From positions 2,935 through 66,934 of the forward strand of contig CAVZIX010000018.1 in NCBI GenBank assembly GCA_963775395.1: DNA of 64,000 nucleotides. Reading direction: 5' to 3'. This stretch comes from an uncultured Actinomycetes bacterium (GTDB taxonomy: Bacteria; Actinomycetota; Thermoleophilia; Gaiellales; Gaiellaceae). The position numbers and the translations under genes are program-made. Shown here one piece after another: positions 42,332 through 51,383 of this stretch. Numbering within the stretch: the first letter of the stretch is position 1; each line of letters starts with the position of its first letter. The notes under the pieces were generated by a model. The model made no database searches. It worked only from the letters and a program-made list of their open reading frames with translations, and was not told the origin of the DNA.

Positions 42332-42706
42332 CTAGATCAGCCAGGGATCGACGTAGGCCGGATCCTTGCGGGCGAGCCAGTTGCGTACGTAGATGCCGCC
42401 TGCGACCAGCGGGATCCCCGGGAAGGCCGTGAGGAGCACGACCGTCGCCCAGAGTGCCGATGGGAGTCCGCCTGCGATCGCCGCGACCACGACGGGGACA
42501 CCCGTGAAATAGAGCGCCTTCCAGTCGTCGACGACGTAGCCGAGGCCGAAATGCACGACGAGCGGTACCAGCAGGAGCACAAGCACCGCGACCGCAGGCA
42601 GCGACGTCTCCGTCGCGGCGAAGAAGACGATCCAGGCCGTCATGGCCGTGCAGTAGACGAGGATGGCCTCGCGCGGTGTGAGCTCGTTGATCCGTTCGAG
42701 AGTCAC
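42332..42706 (-). CDS. Small hypothetical membrane protein (3-4 TM)
   Basis: GTG at 42706 follows GGAGGGGA (7-nt spacer). VTLERINELTPREAILVYCTAMTAWIVFFAA... The longer ORF start at 42793 lacks an RBS. Confidence 0.6.
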   Translation of the reverse strand: MTLERINELTPREAILVYCTAMTAWIVFFAATETSLPAVAVLVLLLVPLVVHFGLGYVVDDWKALYFTGVPVVVAAIAGGLPSALWATVVLLTAFPGIPLVAGGIYVRNWLARKDPAYVDPWLI

Positions 42707-42834
42707 TCGACTCCCCTCCGTCCAAAGGCGTTGCCGCGCCGCCTGTTTGAGAATGCTTTGACCGCATGATCGCGGCTCCTCCGGCCCCCGCATATCCCCT
42801 GTTCGGGGAACCGGCTATCGTTGGCGGGGAGCCT

Positions 42835-42905
<71 letters not shown>

Positions 42906-43401
42906 CCTGGATCGTTCGCCGTTCAGTTCTCAGGATGCCGCCGAGGGACCTCTGTCGGCGATGACCGCGTCGCAGCCACCACACCCAAGCCTCTGTGAGC
43001 TGACGTTGATTCGTATCAGCGGCGACTATGAGGATCCGGCCGAGGACCCATTGTTTCGCGCTTCTGCGAGGAGCTCTGCCCCTTCGTTGATCGTCCGAAC
43101 AGCCTCTGCCAGTCCTTGTCTGGAATCTCCTGAGCGTGTCGATGCCGCGCGGGATGGCCGCGTGGAGCTTCCCACCGGCAGGGCGCGCGCAGCTGAAGTC
43201 GGCGCCGTCAGCCCGGCCGGCGCAAGCACCATGGTCGCTTCGATCTTCAAGAGCGGTATGCCGAGCAAGCGGGCACGGATACAGGCCTCGACGAGGACTC
43301 CGTCCGAGAGGCGTTTTCCTGGATCGGGAACGGCTGTTAGCCCGGCCGGAACTCTTGTCTGCGACGATCTAGGCATCGCTCAGGCCCGGCATCTGTGAGG
43401 G

Positions 43402-43602
43402 TCAGGAATCATGACCCTCGGTGCGCCGCCGGAGCGATGAGATGCGGGCGCTTCCGGCCGTCAGGGCGGTGAGGCCGCCGGCGATCAGCCCAGCTTTGAG
43501 AAGCCGCCTGCTCTTGGTCAGGCGGTCGCGCAGCTCGCCGAGTGAATCGCTTGCCGAATCGATGAGTCGCTCCCGTTGGCGTTTCCTCTTGAAGATTCTC
43601 AT
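43402..43602 (-). CDS. Small basic protein with one hydrophobic segment (66 aa)
   Basis: MRIFKRKRQRERLIDSASDSLGELRDRLTKSRRLLKAGLIAGGLTALTAGSA... It lies 14 nt downstream of the coiled-coil gene on the same strand. Confidence 0.45.
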   Translation of the reverse strand: MRIFKRKRQRERLIDSASDSLGELRDRLTKSRRLLKAGLIAGGLTALTAGSARISSLRRRTEGHDS

Positions 43603-43616
43603 CCAGGTTCTCCCGT

Positions 43617-44456
43617 TCAGCGTTTGCGGGAGGCCCTCGTGATTGCCTGGACGAGTTCGCCCTTGGTCATGCTCGACCGTCCTTGGATACCCATGCTGGC
43701 TGCAAGCTCGACCAGTTCGGGCTTGTTGTAGGACTTCAAGCCGCCGTTCGCGGTATCCCGTTTGAGCTCGCGTGCGGCATGCTTTGCAGCTGCCGCTAGG
43801 TGGTCGCGGAGTTCTTCGGTCTCCCCGATCCGCGCCTCCGCGTCGCTCGCTTGCTGATTCGCTTCGGCGGCGAGCTGCTTCGCCTGGCGATTGGCCTCCT
43901 CGGCTGCGGCGCGAGCGGCCTGAGCCGCCTCGTCCGCCAGCCGCTTGGCTTCGGCGAGTGCCTCAGTAGCATCCTCGACGAGCTCTTCGGCGCGTTGTTG
44001 CGCCTCCTCGGCGTCAAGGTGCGCTTCCTCGATCTCCTCGTCAATTTCGTCCTGGACTTCCTTCCGATCCTCTGCTGCATCCGCTTCGGCAGCCTGGCGC
44101 TCTCGCCGCACGAACTCGTTGGCGGCCTTCTGAGCCTCGGCCACACGCTCCTTCACGTCCCGACTCGTCTCGCGCTCCACCTCCGTCATTCGTGCGCGAC
44201 CACGCTCGCTGACCTGCCGAGCGTAGGCAGCGCGAGCCTTGGACTCCCGCGCCGCCTCGAGGGCGCGCTCTTCGGCTTCCCGAGCACGCTCGGCGGCCTC
44301 CTGTGCACGCCTCGCCCGCATCTCGACTGAGTCCCCGCCGAAGGGCGCAGCGTCCGCCACGGCCGCAGCGGGCTTCACGGCCTGGGCAAGCAGCCAGGCA
44401 GAGTTGGACGGCATGTCACGCAGACCAGTTCGCATTCGCTCCAACAACAACATCAA
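43617..44456 (-). CDS. Ala/Glu-rich coiled-coil protein with C-terminal Rho_N/SAP-like domain
   Basis: About 200 aa of AEEA/QAAR heptad-like repeats end in LKSYNKPELVELAASMGIQGRSSMTKGELVQAI (Rho termination factor N-terminal-like). The start is uncertain (several in-frame Met codons). Confidence 0.7.
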   Translation of the reverse strand: MMLLLERMRTGLRDMPSNSAWLLAQAVKPAAAVADAAPFGGDSVEMRARRAQEAAERAREAEERALEAARESKARAAYARQVSERGRARMTEVERETSRDVKERVAEAQKAANEFVRRERQAAEADAAEDRKEVQDEIDEEIEEAHLDAEEAQQRAEELVEDATEALAEAKRLADEAAQAARAAAEEANRQAKQLAAEANQQASDAEARIGETEELRDHLAAAAKHAARELKRDTANGGLKSYNKPELVELAASMGIQGRSSMTKGELVQAITRASRKR

Positions 44457-44529
44457 CCCCTTTGCGTCCTCGATGCGCGGGAACTACCCCTCCTCTTCAG
44501 CAGGCGCGGCCCCGCGCGTGCTTCGCGGT

Positions 44530-44883
44530 TCAGCGGGCAGCCTTGGTCTTGGTGCTGCGACGCCGGTTCCCGCTTCGGCGTGTCGTGCTGCTGGTCGAAC
44601 GGCGCCCGTTGCCGCTCGAGCTCGTGGCTCCCTGGACACGGCTCATGAGCTCGTCCGGCAGGTCGGACGCGCGAACCCGCACTTCCTTCACGACGTCGGA
44701 GGCCCGCCGCGCGAACGCTCCACTGGTAGTGAGGGCGTACAGGCCGGCACCGGCTGCCGGGAGAAACAGCCAGCGTGCACGCGGCCCTCTCCGCACGTCC
44801 TTGCCCTGGGCCGCGTCAGCCACGTTCGCGAGTCGCTCGCCGGCTTCGATCATCTGCTCCGAGAACTTCTTGATGCTCGCCAT
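44530..44883 (-). CDS. Small hypothetical protein with a central hydrophobic segment and Arg/Ser/Thr-rich tail
   Basis: MASIKKFSEQMIEAGERLANVADAAQGKD...WLFLPAAGAGLYALTTSGAF...SGNGRRSTSSTTRRSGNRRRSTKTKAAR. Confidence 0.55.
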   Translation of the reverse strand: MASIKKFSEQMIEAGERLANVADAAQGKDVRRGPRARWLFLPAAGAGLYALTTSGAFARRASDVVKEVRVRASDLPDELMSRVQGATSSSGNGRRSTSSTTRRSGNRRRSTKTKAAR

Positions 44884-45063
44884 CTTTTGACCCCTTCATG
44901 TCGATATCTGGTTCCCAGAGGTCATTCCCATCCTCTGGGCGTGGAAACCTGTCCCCGAGCGGCTCGGCGCCTAAACCCCGGCAGTTGACCTGAGGGGCCA
45001 AAAAGTGATCTCATTTGCCCTTCGTACTGTTGCCGGGCAATAGGGAGAGAGAGGCAGGTCACT

Positions 45064-47880
45064 ATGCGTTGGAGGGGGACGTGGCGAGTGCTGCTCGCCA
45101 TTTCGGTGATCGCGCTGGCCATAACAGGTGGCGCGGCGGCGCAGGCTGACGAAGGCGGCGGGATCAATCTGACCGTCGAAGACAGCCTCGTCGAGGTCAA
45201 TGTGTCGAGCAAGGCTGCGGCACTTCAGCTTCAGAAGAGCGCCGAAGACTTCGGCGTCGAGTTCAACGACCACTATCTGAGGAACAACCACGACGGCACC
45301 TTCACGGTGACCGTCTTCGCCTCCGAGGCCGAGCTCGATGCCCTCGCGGGTGCCGGATATCAGATCGGCACGACGCTCCAGGGCCCCGGCGCATCGTTCG
45401 AGTCGCTCTCCGAGATGAACTCGGCGCGGGCCCTCGAGGCGAAGTCCGGTGAGGCGGCCCTCGGCGATCCGCCGGTGATCGCGGACGACGACGAGCTCGT
45501 CATCCTGCGGGCGGACTACTTCGAGAACTACGCGGGCCGGTATCTGTCCGTCGAGGCCAAGGACCGCCTGGGCGGCGCCGCGCCTTCCGGCAGCACCTAT
45601 GTCGGCCCGGCCGTGTCGGTCTCCTGGAACACGGGGGCAGGTACCCCGATCGACCAGGGCCCGCGGCCGATGAACGTCAACATCGATCCGGACACGACGC
45701 CCGATACCTACATCGAGCATCGGATCCTCATCCGCATCGGCAACGTCGGCGAAGGTGCCGGCGCGCCGACGAAGATCCGCCTCGGATCCAGCACGGGCGC
45801 GAGCCTCGAGGGCGACGTCTCAACGTGGCTCGGCAGCGGCGTTCCGCCGGCGGTTCCGGGCTACCTGTCCGACTTCACGACGCGGTACATGGACCCGACC
45901 GAGGTCAGGGCCCGCTTCTTCGCGCTGGCCGACGAGTACTCGAACCTCGCGGAGCTCGTGACACTGCCGTACAAGACGAACGGCTATCAGCGCAAGGCGC
46001 AGGCCAATATGGCCGGCTCCACCACGCCGGGCGGGACCCCGACTGCTCCGGGCAGTGCACCGCCCGGCTCGCAGACCGGCGCGACGGTCGTTCTCACGTC
46101 CCGTGCGTGGGGCCACGAGGGCGGCAACGACATCACGGCCGAGTTCCTGAACCCGGGCGTGCCCAACGCGCCGCTCACGGTCGGCATGATCGGGAACGAC
46201 CTCTCGGTCAGCCTCGCCACCGACGCGCTCGGTGCGCTCTCGAGCACGGCCGCCCAGGTCGTTGCGGCGATCAACGCTCACGCGGGTGCGAACGCGAAGC
46301 TCGTCGCGCTCACGTACCGCGGAAACGCCGGCGCCGGCATCGTGCAGGCCCGGCCGAAGGTGAACCTGTCCGACTTCCTGCTCGCGCCGGCCCACGTGCA
46401 GCGCGGTCAGTTCGAGATCAGCGCCCTGCGCATCGGCAAGCGGCGCGACGGAAAGAACACCGGCGTCTTCCTCTACTGCCAGCAGCACGCCCGCGAGTGG
46501 GCGACGCCGCTGACGTGCCTGGAGACCGCCGAGCAGCTGCTCCAGAACTACGCCCTCGATCCGAACATCAAGCGGCTCGTGGACAACCTGGAGATCTTCA
46601 TCCTGCCGGCCTCGAACCCGGACGGCTCCCACTACTCGATGTACGACTTCGCTAGCCAGCGACGCAACATGACGAACCACTGCGTCAACGGCGGCAAGGT
46701 GACCGACGACCCGAACGCGGCCAACTTCTGGACGCCGCGTACGAACCCGTCGACCGGTCTCCCGTACACGAACACCGATCCCGCCTCGCGGAACGCGTGG
46801 GGCGTGGACAACAACCGCAACAACACGGTCGGAACGCTTTTCGACGGGTACATCGGCGCGTCGCACTCGTGCACCAGCGACACGTACACCGGCCCGTCCG
46901 AGGCGTCCGAGCCGGAGATCAAGAACGAGCTGTGGGTTGCTGACACGTTCACGAACATCAAGTTCTCGAACAACATCCACAGCTTCGGCGGCTACTTCAT
47001 GTGGGCGCCGGGCACGTACCTCCCCGACCGGAGCGAGGGCGTCGCCGTCCACGCGAACATCGGCATCGAGAAGTACTTCTTCGAGGCCGGCGACCGGATC
47101 CTCAACCGGATCAAGTCGGTGCGTGGAACGGTCATCCTCCCGGAGCGGACCGGTCCGATCGCGGACGTCCTCTACTCGGCGGCGGGTAACAGCGCCGACG
47201 AGCACTGGTACAACCGCGGCGTGATCGCGTACAGCTTCGAGACGGGCGCCGATCGGTTCGGCACCACGCTGTCCATCGACGCACCGGCGGGAGCGACGCA
47301 GCTCCGCGTCAGCAGCCGCAACAACTTCGTGGTCGGTGACATCGTCAAGGTCGACTGGGGCACCGCGAACGAAGAGGTTCGGAGGGTCGTGGCGATCGCC
47401 AACCCGACCAACCCGCCGAGCCCGGCTCCGAACATCACGCTGGACGCACCGCTGGCGCTCCCGCACACGATCGGCACGTGGATCGCCGGCGGCAACGTGC
47501 AGAACGGCGTCAACTTCCAGCCGGACTACGCAAGAGAGGGCAAGTTCGAGGCGCTCGAGTTCTCGGCCGGCAACGTCGGCCTCCTCGAGTCGGCCTATCA
47601 GTACCACGTGGACAAGCAGCCTCCGCGGGTCAAGATGACCAACGGCGGCTTCAACCGCGGGCCCGTCTACACCACGTTCCAGTGGGTGAACGAGCCTTCG
47701 GTGATCCGCTACACGCTCGACGGTTCGAAGCCCGACCTGAACTCGACGCTCTGGGACTCCTCCGGAACGCGCGAGCCGGGCCAGGTGTTCTACATCACGT
47801 CTGACACCAAGTTCAGGTGGAGGGCCGAGGACATCAAGGGCAACGTCTCGTTCGGCGAGCAGGAGTTCACGATCAGGTAG
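45064..47880 (+). CDS. Secreted M14-family zinc carboxypeptidase with large N-terminal and C-terminal accessory domains
   Basis: It has a signal peptide (VLLAISVIALAITGGAAAQA). The M14 core shows CQQHAREWATP (H-x-x-E zinc ligands), NPDG, NRN, a NNIHSFGGY region (third zinc His) and SFETG (catalytic Glu). Confidence 0.88.
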   Translation: MRWRGTWRVLLAISVIALAITGGAAAQADEGGGINLTVEDSLVEVNVSSKAAALQLQKSAEDFGVEFNDHYLRNNHDGTFTVTVFASEAELDALAGAGYQIGTTLQGPGASFESLSEMNSARALEAKSGEAALGDPPVIADDDELVILRADYFENYAGRYLSVEAKDRLGGAAPSGSTYVGPAVSVSWNTGAGTPIDQGPRPMNVNIDPDTTPDTYIEHRILIRIGNVGEGAGAPTKIRLGSSTGASLEGDVSTWLGSGVPPAVPGYLSDFTTRYMDPTEVRARFFALADEYSNLAELVTLPYKTNGYQRKAQANMAGSTTPGGTPTAPGSAPPGSQTGATVVLTSRAWGHEGGNDITAEFLNPGVPNAPLTVGMIGNDLSVSLATDALGALSSTAAQVVAAINAHAGANAKLVALTYRGNAGAGIVQARPKVNLSDFLLAPAHVQRGQFEISALRIGKRRDGKNTGVFLYCQQHAREWATPLTCLETAEQLLQNYALDPNIKRLVDNLEIFILPASNPDGSHYSMYDFASQRRNMTNHCVNGGKVTDDPNAANFWTPRTNPSTGLPYTNTDPASRNAWGVDNNRNNTVGTLFDGYIGASHSCTSDTYTGPSEASEPEIKNELWVADTFTNIKFSNNIHSFGGYFMWAPGTYLPDRSEGVAVHANIGIEKYFFEAGDRILNRIKSVRGTVILPERTGPIADVLYSAAGNSADEHWYNRGVIAYSFETGADRFGTTLSIDAPAGATQLRVSSRNNFVVGDIVKVDWGTANEEVRRVVAIANPTNPPSPAPNITLDAPLALPHTIGTWIAGGNVQNGVNFQPDYAREGKFEALEFSAGNVGLLESAYQYHVDKQPPRVKMTNGGFNRGPVYTTFQWVNEPSVIRYTLDGSKPDLNSTLWDSSGTREPGQVFYITSDTKFRWRAEDIKGNVSFGEQEFTIR

Positions 47881-47892
47881 CAGCGATCGAGA

Positions 47893-47939
47893 CCGAAAGT
47901 GGACGAGCGGCTCCCTCGGGGAGCCGCTCGTTCTTTCGG
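47893..47939. terminator. Strong bidirectional intrinsic terminator
   Basis: The inner 13-bp perfect stem is ACGAGCGGCTCCC (47903-47915) with GGGAGCCGCTCGT (47919-47931). The outer stem CCGAAAG (47893-47899) pairs with CTTTCGG (47933-47939), which also forms the T-rich tail. It lies between convergent stops at 47880 (+) and 47943 (-). Confidence 0.85.
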
Positions 47940-47942
47940 CAG

Positions 47943-48653
47943 CTACGCGCGCTGCACGCCGAGGGTGACCGTGCCTCGGTAGGTCTCGCCGGGCGTCACG
48001 GCGACGACGGTCGTGCCGCCGCTCTGGCCGTAGATCCCGTCCGCGTCGTTGGAGGTGTCGGGGGCGCCGCGGGCCGCGTAGGGATCCGACTCGTAGGCGG
48101 CCGCGAGCGTCGCCTCGTCGAAGAAGAGCTGGCCGGTGTGGACGTCGTCGCTCGCGAGGGCGACCTTCAGGTGGATGTGCACGGCACGGCCGGTGTACCA
48201 GCCGGGAAAGATCGTCAGGAACGAGGCGACGCCGTCCGCGCCGGTCATCTGGACGCCGCGGAGAAATGTCCCGGAGTCGCCCTCGACGCCGGAGTAGGCG
48301 CCCTCAGCGTCGCAGTGCCAGACGTCGACGGCCGCGCCCTCGATCGGCGCACACGAATCTGCGTCGACCACCGTGGCGGCGAGCTCGAACGGGACGCCGC
48401 GGCGCCCTTCGGTGATGTCGCGCCGGGCGAGGTCGAGGTCGAGGTAGTAGGGACCTTCGGTCAGTTCGGGCATGAGGACGCAGTCGGCGGCGGCGGCGCC
48501 GTCCGTCGCGGCTGCGGTCGTCGCGGGCGCGGTGGCCTGCTCGTCGTCCGCACACCCTGGAAGCACCGCCGCGAGCCCGAGCCCGCCGAGCCAGGCGAGC
48601 GCTCTGCGTCGGCTGAGCGGGAGGCCCTCCGAGAGGCGTTCGAGGCCGGGCAT
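47943..48653 (-). CDS. Intradiol ring-cleavage dioxygenase-family protein, Tat-signal lipoprotein
   Basis: RRRALAWLGGLGLAAVLPGC is a twin-Arg plus lipobox signal. ...TEGPYYLD...GVPFELAATVVDA..CAPIEGAAVDVWHCDAEGAYSG...PGWYTGRAVHIHLKV. Confidence 0.85.
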   Translation of the reverse strand: MPGLERLSEGLPLSRRRALAWLGGLGLAAVLPGCADDEQATAPATTAAATDGAAAADCVLMPELTEGPYYLDLDLARRDITEGRRGVPFELAATVVDADSCAPIEGAAVDVWHCDAEGAYSGVEGDSGTFLRGVQMTGADGVASFLTIFPGWYTGRAVHIHLKVALASDDVHTGQLFFDEATLAAAYESDPYAARGAPDTSNDADGIYGQSGGTTVVAVTPGETYRGTVTLGVQRA

Positions 48654-48734
48654 GGAGGTAGTGTCGCAGCCCGGTCCAAGAAGACCCTAAGAGCCGGCTA
48701 AGACCTCCCTGAGAGCCGGTCGCCGTCCGGCGCG

Positions 48735-49868
48735 TTGGGCACGCTAGCCCCGATGGAGGAGCGGCACCCCGAGGAACGCCTCGTCTCGTTCCGTCCCCGG
48801 GCGATCCTCGTCGTTCTCGGGATCATCCTCGCGGCGGTGGCGATCATCGCGTTCCTCTTCCTCGCGTGGCGCGTCATCACCTGGATCCTGATCGCGCTCT
48901 TCCTCTCGCTCGCGCTGAACCCGGCCGTCGAGTTCTTCGAGCGCAGGGGGGGACTACGGCGCTCGCTCGCGTCGCTGCTCGTGTTTCTGATCGCGCTCTT
49001 CGCGTTCGCGGGACTCGGCGCTTTGCTCATCCCGCCGCTCATAGACCAGATGGAGGAATTCGCTGACGCCGTGCCAGGGTTCGTCGAGGACCTGACGGCC
49101 GGCCGGGGCCCCCTGGGGTTCCTGCAGGACGACTACCAGATCGTCGACAAGGTGCAGGACGCGGTCGAGGACCAGGGCGCCGGGGGCATCCTCGGCGTCA
49201 CCAACGCGAGCCTCGCGATCGCACGCGGCGTCGTCTCGTTCATCGTGGGCGTCGTCACCATCGCGTTCCTGACGATCTTCATGCTCATGGAAGGGCCTCG
49301 CATCCTGGAGCGCTTCCGCGACTCGCTGCCGGAGCACATGAAGCCGCGGTTCGAACGGATGGGCGGCGACATCTACCGCACCGTCGGCGGGTACGTCGGC
49401 GGGAACCTGGCCATCAGCCTCATCGCCGGCGTCGTGTCGGCGATCGTCCTCTTCGCGCTCGGCAGCAGCTACGCGATCGCGCTGGCCGTCGTGGTCGCCC
49501 TGCTCGACCTGATTCCGCTCGCAGGAGCGACGATCGCTGCCGTGATCGTCTCCACCGTCTCGTTCATCGAGCTGGGCTGGGTCAGGGGCGTGATCGTGAT
49601 CGGCTTCTTCGTCCTCTACCAGCAGCTCGAGAACCACATCCTCCAGCCGGTCATCTACGGCCGCACGGTGCAGCTCTCGCCGCTCACGGTCCTGATCGCC
49701 ATCCTCATCGGCGCCGAATTGGTCGGCATCCTCGGCGCGCTTGCGGCCATCCCGGTCGCCGGGATCATCCAGGCAATCTTCCGCGAGGTGCTCCGGTGGC
49801 GGCGGGAGGCGATCCTGCCTGCCGGCCTGGAGGTCGCCATGCCCGACGAGCCGGCTACCGAGACCTGA
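48735..49868 (+). CDS. AI-2E family transporter (second paralog)
   Basis: ...QQLENHILQPVIYGRTVQLSPLTVLIAILIGAELVGILGALAAIPVAG... The start is TTG 48735 or ATG 48753. Confidence 0.85.
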   Translation: MGTLAPMEERHPEERLVSFRPRAILVVLGIILAAVAIIAFLFLAWRVITWILIALFLSLALNPAVEFFERRGGLRRSLASLLVFLIALFAFAGLGALLIPPLIDQMEEFADAVPGFVEDLTAGRGPLGFLQDDYQIVDKVQDAVEDQGAGGILGVTNASLAIARGVVSFIVGVVTIAFLTIFMLMEGPRILERFRDSLPEHMKPRFERMGGDIYRTVGGYVGGNLAISLIAGVVSAIVLFALGSSYAIALAVVVALLDLIPLAGATIAAVIVSTVSFIELGWVRGVIVIGFFVLYQQLENHILQPVIYGRTVQLSPLTVLIAILIGAELVGILGALAAIPVAGIIQAIFREVLRWRREAILPAGLEVAMPDEPATET

Positions 49869-49993
49869 TTCGCGAGCAGGCTCCTCCTGCGACTCAGGAA
49901 AGGATGGTGAGGGTCGAGGAGGCGCGACTGCCGCCGGCGACGTCATGCTGCTGGCGCGGCTGGACGAGAGGTGAGAAGCTGGATGAAGGCGAG

Positions 49994-50620
49994 ATGCGCG
50001 ACGTCGACTACGAGCCCGACGCAGCCCCTGATGGAGATCAGGAACAAGGTGCGTCCGATGAACCGGCAACTCGCCACATCCTCACTCGTCGGCGGCTCCT
50101 GTTCAGCGGCTTGGGCCTAGGCGTTTTCTTGCTCGTCGTCGCCGGCGGCGTGGCCGGGTACCTAGCGCACACGAACAAGCAGAGAGCGGATCAGTGGGCG
50201 GACCACGCGTTCCTGCTCCAGGAGAACCTCGACTCGCTCGAAGAGGAATTGGAGGAACGAACAGGCGACCTGAACGAACGCACCGACGACCTGAATGCCA
50301 TGGCGTCCAAGGTACAGCAGGCGGAAACCGCGATCGCTCGTTCGGAGGCCGATGTGCGATCACTCGAGAAACGCCAACGTCGTCTCGCGAACGAGAAAGC
50401 ACAAGTCGAGGACGCTCGGGCTGAGCTTGCCGTTCAGACCGGTTCGCTCGAGGACGTTGCTTCGGCCTACATCGACTGCAAATCAGGCTTGATCGAGCTG
50501 CTCAACTACATCCTCGCAGACGACTACGCCACTGCGAATGCCGTCGTGGCGTCTGTGGATGGCGACTGTGCGTACGCCGACGACTCGCTGTCAGGCTATC
50601 TCGCGCGGTACGGCGGCTAA
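49994..50620 (+). CDS. Membrane-anchored coiled-coil protein
   Basis: MRDVDYEPD... is followed by a TM segment (LLFSGLGLGVFLLVVAGGVAGYL) and a coiled coil (LDSLEEELEERTGDLNERTDDLNAMASKVQQAETAIARSEADVRSLEKRQRRLANEKAQVEDARAEL). ATG at 49905 is an alternative start. Confidence 0.6.
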   Translation: MRDVDYEPDAAPDGDQEQGASDEPATRHILTRRRLLFSGLGLGVFLLVVAGGVAGYLAHTNKQRADQWADHAFLLQENLDSLEEELEERTGDLNERTDDLNAMASKVQQAETAIARSEADVRSLEKRQRRLANEKAQVEDARAELAVQTGSLEDVASAYIDCKSGLIELLNYILADDYATANAVVASVDGDCAYADDSLSGYLARYGG

Positions 50621-51367
50621 ATGCGTCGCGGCGCAACTCTCGTTGCGACCGTTGTTGCCTTGAGCGCGTGTTCGGTCCAGGCCGAGGAATCGCCGAGGAC
50701 ACCCCCCACGTATTCAGTCCCGCGAGTTATCGAGATTGCGCCGCAGGTCGGGGTGGCGGAGCGGATCCGCCTTCCTGTCCTTGCGCGCGACTCGGCCGAG
50801 CGAAGGGCCCGTCGACTAACAGTGCGGGTGCGCAACGTTTCGTGCCTCGGAGTCGCCACCGGTTCTGGCTTCGCCATAGCCCCCGACGTGCTGGTCACAA
50901 ACAGGCACGTCCTGGCGGGCGCCTCGGCGGTCGAGGTATCGACCTGGAACGGCAAGAGCTTGCGGGCAACGTTTTCCGCAGTCGGCGTCCTGGGGGATGT
51001 CGGCGTTGCTGTGATCAAGGGCAAGCTGCCACTCGTGGGTGCGTTCGGGAAGGCACCCGGAGAGGGGGCGCCCATTAACGCGATCGGCTATCCGCTCGGC
51101 GGACCGCTGACGATCTCCCCGGGCGTCGTCGTGGATCGAGTAGATGGAGGGCGTTTCGGAATCCCGGGAGCTGTCGTGCGCGTCACTGCAGACGTGCGTG
51201 CCGGAAACTCGGGCGGTCCGTTGCTCAACCGCCGTGGGAGAATCGTGGGCATCGTCTACGCCATCGAGCGTGCGACCGCTCTGGGGTTGGCGATACCCGT
51301 GGATACCTTCCGCCGTCTCGTCCGCATCGGCGGATACGAGGAAGTCCCACCGTGCGGATCTGAATAG
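50621..51367 (+). CDS. Trypsin-like (S1) serine protease lipoprotein
   Basis: The ATG directly follows the upstream TAA. It has a lipobox (VALSAC) and the triad contexts TNRHV, GDVGVAV and AGNSGGPL. Confidence 0.82.
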   Translation: MRRGATLVATVVALSACSVQAEESPRTPPTYSVPRVIEIAPQVGVAERIRLPVLARDSAERRARRLTVRVRNVSCLGVATGSGFAIAPDVLVTNRHVLAGASAVEVSTWNGKSLRATFSAVGVLGDVGVAVIKGKLPLVGAFGKAPGEGAPINAIGYPLGGPLTISPGVVVDRVDGGRFGIPGAVVRVTADVRAGNSGGPLLNRRGRIVGIVYAIERATALGLAIPVDTFRRLVRIGGYEEVPPCGSE

Positions 51368-51383
51368 ACTGGCCGAGCGTTTT

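Noticed and set aside
42961-43398. ORFs 42961..43398 (+), 43026..43376 (-) and 43136..43372 (+) next to tRNA-Gly
   Set aside because: They are mutually overlapping. None has the strong GC3 bias of real genes here and I recognise no motifs. I treat the region as non-coding or decayed sequence (see the finding on the tRNA-Gly flank).
45015-45030. Possible att-like direct repeat of the tRNA-Gly 3' end (shared CCCTTCG at about 42893-42899 and about 45018-45024)
   Set aside because: Only 7 nt match, which is expected by chance in 2 kb. There is no integrase, so it is not reported as a mobile-element boundary.
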